A DNA stretch of 64,000 bases from Lepidodermella squamata. Taxonomy: Eukaryota; Animalia; Gastrotricha. The notes under the pieces are model-generated. The model was not told the DNA's origin, made no database searches, and saw only the letters and a program-made list of their open reading frames with translations. A program made the position numbers and the translations under genes. Shown one piece after another: positions 56,846-64,000 of the stretch (positions are counted from its first letter, which is position 1; the number at the start of each line of letters is the position of its first letter). The stretch covers positions 1,240,001-1,304,000 of the forward strand of contig JBLDXI010000046.1 of NCBI GenBank assembly GCA_047495785.1, written 5' to 3'.

Positions 56846-59272
56846 TCAAGATTTGGCGAATGCTTTTGGCGTCGATGGGGCACTGCGGTATCGCGCTGCC
56901 AGCGCAACATTGATAGCTTCAGTGCGTTTTTCGTCCAACCGCGTGTACTGCGTGATGCTCGAATTTGACGCGGCCGGTGTCATCAGCTGGTTAAATGGCT
57001 GCGATCCGCCGAAACCAGGCTTCCGCGCCATGTGCATGCCGGCATATGTGTTGGCTTTCGATAATGGCGCAAATGGTGAATCGAGTTGTGATGGCGGAAT
57101 GTCTGGCAGTTCTGAGTAGTCAAGTTTTGGCACAGACACTGAGAGAGTTGGCTTTTGCGATAAAATAGATGAAGGAGTAGGTGGAATCTGCCAAAACAAA
57201 GATTCATATACAAAATGAATCACAGCGCTACGATTCAAATTAAGGCAGAATTCCCTGAAACCCAGTAACAAACAACCCCTTCAAAACAGGTGCAACTCAA
57301 GAAAATAACTGAAGCGGTGCAAGGAGCGAGATGTTAAGTCGAGAACACGGAGTTAGAAACAAACCTATATATAGCGTGTACAGTGGTAGTAGTAGCAGTG
57401 GGAGGGTATCAACATTTGATCATCGAATACTTTTCTATAATTATGAAAAACGATGGAGTAATTTTGGAGGTAAGGCGTGAAAAGTTTCAGGGAGAATGCA
57501 AATATTTCACGGCATTTTGCTCAACAAACCTGGCTTCTCACAAAATCATTGCCACCCTGAGTAGGTGGTGAAAAATGGTTCACACGCGGCGGAACAGGCG
57601 GTCGCACAATTTGTTGAGGTGGAACAGAGTAATTATCATTACTGTAGCTATCCCTCGGCACTGCTGCTGCGGAAGATTCTGAAGACGATGTAGTCGAAGA
57701 TGAGTCACTCGAATTGCGATTCGATTGGTCCGGAAGCGTAAGTCGAGGTGGGACTGGCACTGGTCGTTTCAGACTAACAGACCGCTCAGTCGTTGTAATC
57801 GCATAAGTATCTTCCACCATAGCTAGGCAAACAGAATATATCAAGATGGCTTTCGAGGCATTTAGGGAATCACTTACATGCTCTAGCATCGCCAAATACT
57901 ACACCACGAGTGATCACGTGATTTTTTGGCGTAGCGCTGCTAGTCGCACCAGGGACAATATAAAGATCTTCAGGGGTTTCCTCGCGAGTCACATTGACAG
58001 GCGGTTGCTGGTATATGTCATCGTTATCTTCAGTAATAGACCTCTGATAGGGCAAAGAAACCGCTGAATTTGTTGCTTGGGTTTTCCCGACTCGGTAAGA
58101 ATCGTAATTTATTTTAACCATCCTAGAGCAAAGTGAATGTAACAATTTCGTCATTTCGAGGCAGACAACAATTTACCCTTTGGTTTCAGCAACACCAACT
58201 GGTTTAGCTTGAGACGCACTCGGCGCCGCAACATATTCGTCATCATTAAATGAACGAGAAGCGATGGGTTTTTGAACAGGAGCCGAAGATCGAGGTTGCG
58301 CAGATAGGTTATGCATAATTTGCGATCGATTATTGAAACTAGGCGGTGTATTCTGCGGGCTGCCTAAATTCACGTATTTGCCACTGCTAGCGCTGTTCGA
58401 TGAAGTCATTGTTCCCGGTGGAACTGCATACATGTCTTCGGAATTATCATCATCTGCGACGGGTGTCTGTTGCATTTGGCGGGACGGTAAGGCTGGGGGC
58501 ATTACAATGTCAGCTATTTGATCAGCAGGGCATGGCCGCTATTTAATTGGAGAAAAACTAATGTTTCTGGCAACATAAATCACGCTTTTCACTTACAACT
58601 ATTACATTGGATTGCCCGAGAGATTGCACTTGTCGCGAGAATGGCTGGTCTCTCGAATCACCGACCAAATCATTTGATGATGGTGATTGCTGATTCAGGC
58701 TAGTCAACGATTCTGAATAAGAGATGTAACAATGGCTAGAATCCAAGGGTTGATCGCTGATAAAAAAACTAACCAACAAAGCCATTTCCAGCAAAGCCGC
58801 AGTGTTTCCTAAATACTTCAATCCAGCTATTAACTTCTTCCTTCGTGTCACTCGCAAAATAATGAGTTCTCTGTCGATCACCAAGATTTTCGTTCATCGC
58901 AAAGCCGAACATGTATTCCGCACATTTTATGTCTGAAACCAGTTCGTCACAATTAGACAATTTAATCGCACCACGCTTTTTTCGTTTCGCTGGATCACAA
59001 AAATACTCCCAAACAACATGGTCTTCTGTTCCAGGGATAGCACCGCGCGGAGTGTGTAGCACGAAATAGTATCTGCCCCATTTCTGTAAACAATGCGATG
59101 GGTTAGCGGTAAACATCAAATTAGCTCATAATAAAAGACATTTAGTTCTTACCGGTTTCTTGAAGAAAGCTAACAACTTCGCAAGACGGCTTGGCCTGGG
59201 GGCTTTAAGCAGCCAACCCTCCTTGAGAACTGAATGTTTTGAGTCCAGGTCGACTGATTGATAATCAAATGA
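56846..59272 (-). CDS. Gab/DOS/SOC-1-like PH-domain docking protein (multi-exon; start not resolved)
   Basis: N-terminal PH domain (VLKEGWLLKAP, KWGRYYFVL, RTHYFASDTKEEVNSWI); many YxxP sites; PVPPR motifs; C-terminal LDYSEL and QYTRLDEKRTEAI tandem tyrosines. Confidence 0.75.
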
Positions 59273-59745
59273 CTAGAGGTAAAAACGAAGATTATAAATG
59301 ATCAAATAATTACTCATTCAACACTCTCTATCATTGAAAATTCCAAGAATACGCCTGTAAGCTGTAAGGTTATCGAGCCTCTGGCACCTTAGAGCTTGGT
59401 GATGTCTAAAATATAATGGCTCAGATGACCTCGCTATGAATTTTGAAGTCCAACGATTGGTACAAACTTTGTACAAAGAGATAACGAATGAGGGCACAAG
59501 AACTATGATTTTGCTCTGTGGTCTCCCGTCTCCCGCTGCCCGCTGGTTTTGCCCACAGCGGTGAACATTCTTGCGTTTGTTGACGCTCCTCAACTTCTCT
59601 TCTCGCTGATGATGATATTTTTCCATTTTTTGTCACCGAACTCTCTCTAAGCAGGTTTCGTGTTTTCACCCCATTTTATTAAAAATATTCATAAAGTTTT
59701 AAAAATGGTTATTAATTGTTTTTGCAATATTTGGAAAATACGAAA

Positions 59746-59762
59746 TTCAAAATTTTCGCGCC
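59746..59762 (-). promoter_or_regulatory. Candidate E2F/CHR (DREAM-type) element in the divergent promoter region
   Basis: Minus strand reads GGCGCGAAAATTTTGAA (E2F site next to TTTGAA), between the Gab-like and Bub1-like genes. Confidence 0.35.
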
Positions 59763-60034
59763 ATTTTTTTCTTGTCAACAGCTGTTTTGTCGATTCCGAG
59801 TTGCCGGTCGCATCAGGTCTTCTCGTCCATCGCATCTAAAACCCAACGTAAGGCCTTCCTATCTCGGAGGTCGAAGGCAACAATAAATCAGCACCCTTGA
59901 AAACCTCTATTCACCATGCTACCAAAATTCAATCTTAGATCTTTGTGACGAGAGGAGGCAGTAGGCGGGATATTTTGCTAATTCTGATTTGCTGAGTCAT
60001 GTAGCTGTACTTGGTACTTGGGCCCCCTCAGATT

Positions 60035-60484
60035 CGGTGATTTAAAGAAGGAGCTGAGCTCAAAAAGGAGCTGAGCTCCCTGAATACCGCGCGCGGTGAA
60101 GTCCAAGTTCATGGAACAATGTCGGTTTTAATACCAAAATATAGATCGTTCAATTCTCCATCGACTGAATATAGGTATGTCGCTCGAAAAACTAAACAGA
60201 AAAAAGTTAAGTTGGTAAATAAATTAATGCCATTTGCGCGCACTCTCAAGCGATATGCACACTTAAATACGCAATCTAGCATGGGCATAAAACTTTTTCT
60301 GATTGATTTTTTCCATCGAGAAATCTACATTCGATCGATAGAGAAGTGAACGATCTATATTTTGGTAGTAAAACCGACATTGTTCCATGAACTTGGCCTT
60401 TGACTTGACCTTGCGCGGTATTCAGGGAGCTCAGCTCCGTTAGAGCTCAGCGCCACTGAGCTCAGCTCCTTCTTTAAATCACCA
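60035..60484. mobile_element. Foldback MITE
   Basis: ggtgatttaaagaaggagctgagctca / tgagctcagctccttctttaaatcacc, plus inner mirrored blocks (ccaagttcatggaacaatgtcggtttta). Confidence 0.85.
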
Positions 60485-60610
60485 AGTACGGAGCGGCGTA
60501 CTTGGAGGCTGGGGCCTGGGGAAATCAATTGTATACTATCGGAAGCTCACACATACTAGATAACCGTTTTTACTAACTTTTTCCTGAATTTTAGTGTCAA
60601 GAGCAACAGT

Positions 60611-61971
60611 ATGGCATCGAAGATCCAGGTTAGAAGCCCTTTAATGCCGCCCGAGCCCGAGCCCAACCCAAGCGAAGAAGAAATGAATCTTAAAGCCGAC
60701 ATTCTGAATTGTAAACGCCGTTTATTAGATTCATATTACAAGTGAGTTGGCTTTATTTCCTCTCAGTTAATGTTATGTCCTTAATTTATGCACAGCTTGC
60801 TGCATTATTATGACAACTCAAAATCGGCAACAGATCGTCGGAAACAGCTGAGATCAACTGCCAAAGAGTGTTTTTATCTGCTGAAGCAGGAGAAATCGCT
60901 TTATTCAGACTGGAAATTTATGAAAGTTCTACTAAAATATGTAATTTACCAAGAAATAACTTGGATGAAACTAAAATGAAATTTTTTGTTTAGAATGAGG
61001 TTAGCGGGTCGAAGTGTGCTGGCATTGACGAAAAGGAGAACGCAGACATTTACAACTTCATGTATCTCAATAGTATCGGTACAACTCACGCCGAGTTTTA
61101 CGTGTCATGGGCAAATGCTTTGGAGGCTAACAACATGATGCCAGCTGCTGTTATTGTTTTCAACCGCGGGCTCGATACCGGTGCTTCACCTCGTGACATG
61201 CTAGAACGCGAAAAAGCGTACATTTTTTCATTTCATTGCACTGATGATTCACTGTTCTAGTAATTAGTTTACTTCAAGACCGCATCGCTCGGCGAACCAA
61301 GCTTCAAAAATTTGATGTGAAACTTCAAGGTCCGTACGAGCTGCCACCTGTTGAATCACAATGCCCTGGTATGCATATTCCCGTTTAAATTTCGTTGTAC
61401 TATGAATTATTCATTATTTATAGGTTTATGTCCTAAGCTCACAAGTTTTACATCAGAGTCATCGAAATATCAACAGCGGGAGGTTTCCAAGCCAAAGAAG
61501 GATGAAAAGCAAGATTTCATCAAATTGAAAATGTACAACGAAGGCGCGTTGGTCGACTAACGTGGAAACCAGCGGTGTTTTGAAGAGTGGCGTGCTGCCT
61601 GCATGTCCAAACCAGCGCCTGAAATTGCGAATAATGAACCTGATTTATCCCTCGATTGCACAGCTATGTCGGACAGCTACCATTTCGCCCCACCTAGTCC
61701 GACTAATGACCCGAAATGCAACCGATGCGAGCGAAAATTGAGCATCACCGATATTGTGGCAATCGACGGGCCAACTTGTGAGCGAGTCGAGAAAAATCAA
61801 GCGGTTGAATTCGACGAGGAAGATGACAATGCGACGTATTACGAACATTTGTTCAAGCAAAAATCGAAGGATGAAAAATTTGAAGTTTTCGACGAAATCG
61901 AGTCTGAAGATGAGTACAAATGTGGCACTTCAGTTCACATTGTTCCTAGTGACAAATCTGTATTTTTCTGA
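60611..61971 (+). pseudogene. Bub1/BubR1(Mad3)-like gene: TPR region and GLEBS motif, in-frame TAA at 61558-61560, no kinase domain
   Basis: LYSDWKFMKVLLKY and IYNFMYLNSIGTTHAEFYVSWANALE...VFNRGLDTGASP match the Mad3/Bub1 TPR region. CFEEWRA (GLEBS-like) follows the stop in the same frame. Confidence 0.7.
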
Positions 61972-62224
61972 CAAATTACTGCCCCTACTCCATCTCACTG
62001 CCAGTTGTGATCTTCAAGTTTTATCTTTTTTGAATTATTATAATAAAAAAGCTGCGAGAAATCACGATTCAATTGCATTTTTTATTGTCACATGCTCTCG
62101 GAATGATGAATGGTGTTTGAAACGAAGTCGAATAATTGTGCGAGTAGCAGTTGGTTTTTTGTCGAGTAAAAAGCACCGTGAAACAACAATATAATTTACA
62201 GCAGTAGTAGTAATCTAATTATTA

Positions 62225-63804
62225 TCACTGCAAGCGAGTCCAGTTGCGGCGTTCGATGCTGCGCATACAGATAGCGGCGGTGATGAACGACCAGCCGATG
62301 AGTTCGATGGCGCCGCCGATGATTGCGAATATGTTGATGAACGAGACGACGCAGTAGTCGACGCGAGATGCCATAGGGTCAGCGGCAACAGCTCGGATGA
62401 TGGCGGTTTTGTTGTTGTAGTCGGCGGTCAAATCGCTGCAATAATCGCTCGTTGTTTCCATGTACAACACCGAACCAGCGATGCATAGCACGCCTAAGAA
62501 AATTAGCAAATTTAATTATTTAAAACTGAAATTTAGAAGTCGGAAAAAACGTTGATGAGAAAGTTATAAAATTTTCAGTAGAACAGTCAAGATATGATAA
62601 ATTAAAATGCTGGCCTTATTTAGTAAATTCCGTTAAACAACGGTAAAAAGGATTTAATTTCATTTTTTTCTGGCTTGAAACTTGAAAATTAAAAAGGCAA
62701 CAACTCTCGGGAAAAACAGCCAGCCGCCTTGAATTATTTGAAGTTTTAAGAGAACAACAATCCTACTGAGAAAACAAATCAAACTTCAAAATCTAGAGGA
62801 TCCAAAACTTGAAAAGTAGGCTGAAATAACTGAAATTCGAAGATTTGACGATAGGTTGTTCCAAGTAAAAACTTAAATTTAGGGTTCCAGCACTAAATTT
62901 GAGGGTCCAACAACAGATTTTCGAGTTTCACGTCTTCCCCTGAATCGAAATTTTTTATAACCACAGCTAACAGATAGATCTCACCAATACGCGTATTTGG
63001 AGCCAAGATCGATCAGTTAAGGATTTTTACTTGAAGAGCCAATATCGATTCAAATTATCGATTTTAAAAATCACTGATGCTTGAACAATTTTTGACATCC
63101 ATTTTAATTTTAAATTTACATTTCTGGAACCAAAAATGTAAAAAAATTCTACCTAGCTGAGGGTACCGTGTATCTAAAAAACCCAGGGTTGTGCAGGCGG
63201 CAGCAGTATCAAATCTGAAAAATTAATTTTGTAGAGATCTCAGTTTTAGCGGTGAATAACTCGAGGACCAAAAAATAGTTTCCTAAATTTGATGAAAAAA
63301 TTGGAAATTTTTTTCAGGAAATTTACCTGCTGCGAGCATTCCAATTGAGAAACCGACCAGAAAAAGCATGTTCTTCTCGAGTTGGGGAGCAAACTTGTGC
63401 AGGGTCAAGCCGATAGCGATGAAAAAGCAGAGAGCCATGCCGATACTGACTAGAACCTCAGCAGCCAGTAGACTGCCGTGTCGATTCTCCAACAAATTCG
63501 GCCGAATTTCGTTGACATACTCCGCACCCTCCGTCCAAGTGTCAGGCGTGTGGAACAATTTCGCCGACGTAAAATTCGAATGATTGCCAATTTGTTGCGT
63601 GACGCCAATTTCCCACAAGCCGAATTTAGCTGTTACGGTTACATTTTGATCTGCCGGCTCGTATTGCGATGTATTAGGCGGTAAAATGATTGAAATGCTG
63701 AGCCATTCGTCGAGCGCAAAACTGATTGTTTGACACAAGAAACCGGCGATTGAAATCAGGGTGGCAATAAGTAGGAGAGTAGGCACGGATAGTTTGACGC
63801 CCAT
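62225..63804 (-). CDS. Claudin/PMP22-like tetraspan membrane protein (two exons, ~63804-63328 and ~62493-62225)
   Basis: TM1 followed by W...GLW motif; four hydrophobic helices across two exons. Confidence 0.75.
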
Positions 63805-64000
63805 AGTTTTTTCGCAACCAAAAACTTGAGTATATAAATTATACGATGAGTAAAAAAACTATTCAAATATTTGAATAAAATTATTTCGTGTTTAGCACGC
63901 GATTTTCTCGGAAAAACAAAATTTCTACGCTACTACTACTACTATTCAAGCTCGCCATATGTACTAATATAAGGCTGATGCTATATAGCAGCATGTTGTA

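Noticed and set aside
1-64000. Prokaryotic defence island or contamination
   Set aside because: Spliceosomal introns, metazoan genes and eukaryotic transposons are interleaved with the deaminase genes.

Overview
Eukaryotic (invertebrate animal) genomic DNA: AT-rich, with short GT-AG introns. It is not prokaryotic and has no CRISPR arrays. The first ~20 kb is transposon-rich: a 5'-truncated non-LTR RT, a decayed CR1-like LINE, a very young Penelope-like inverted/tandem array with hammerhead ribozymes, many MITEs and a 28S rDNA relic. From 41 to 60 kb is a tightly packed all-minus-strand run of genes: Gab/DOS adaptor, ISWI, Rab9 and two full SLC30A9/ZnT9 paralogs. A 573-bp inverted duplication damages the ISWI/Rab9 junction. 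A Bub1/Mad3-like gene with a premature stop and a claudin-like gene close the window. The standout is 20-40 kb: three copies of an intronless two-gene module, each downstream of an SLC30A9 3' end. Gene A is a tandem double dCMP-type deaminase fold with both active sites degenerate. Gene B has a dead N-terminal deaminase domain, an HAE-bearing C-terminal deaminase domain with a variable charged insertion between its zinc cysteines, and a CCHC zinc knuckle. In two copies A and B are ~100 bp apart, with a poly(A) signal and an unpaired splice acceptor between them (operon-like). The deaminases are far more diverged between copies than the flanking SLC30A9 pieces. My inference is an expanded, fast-evolving heteromeric pseudoenzyme/enzyme deaminase system, possibly for retroelement or virus restriction or RNA editing. 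No database searches were run; family calls are from motif recognition by eye.
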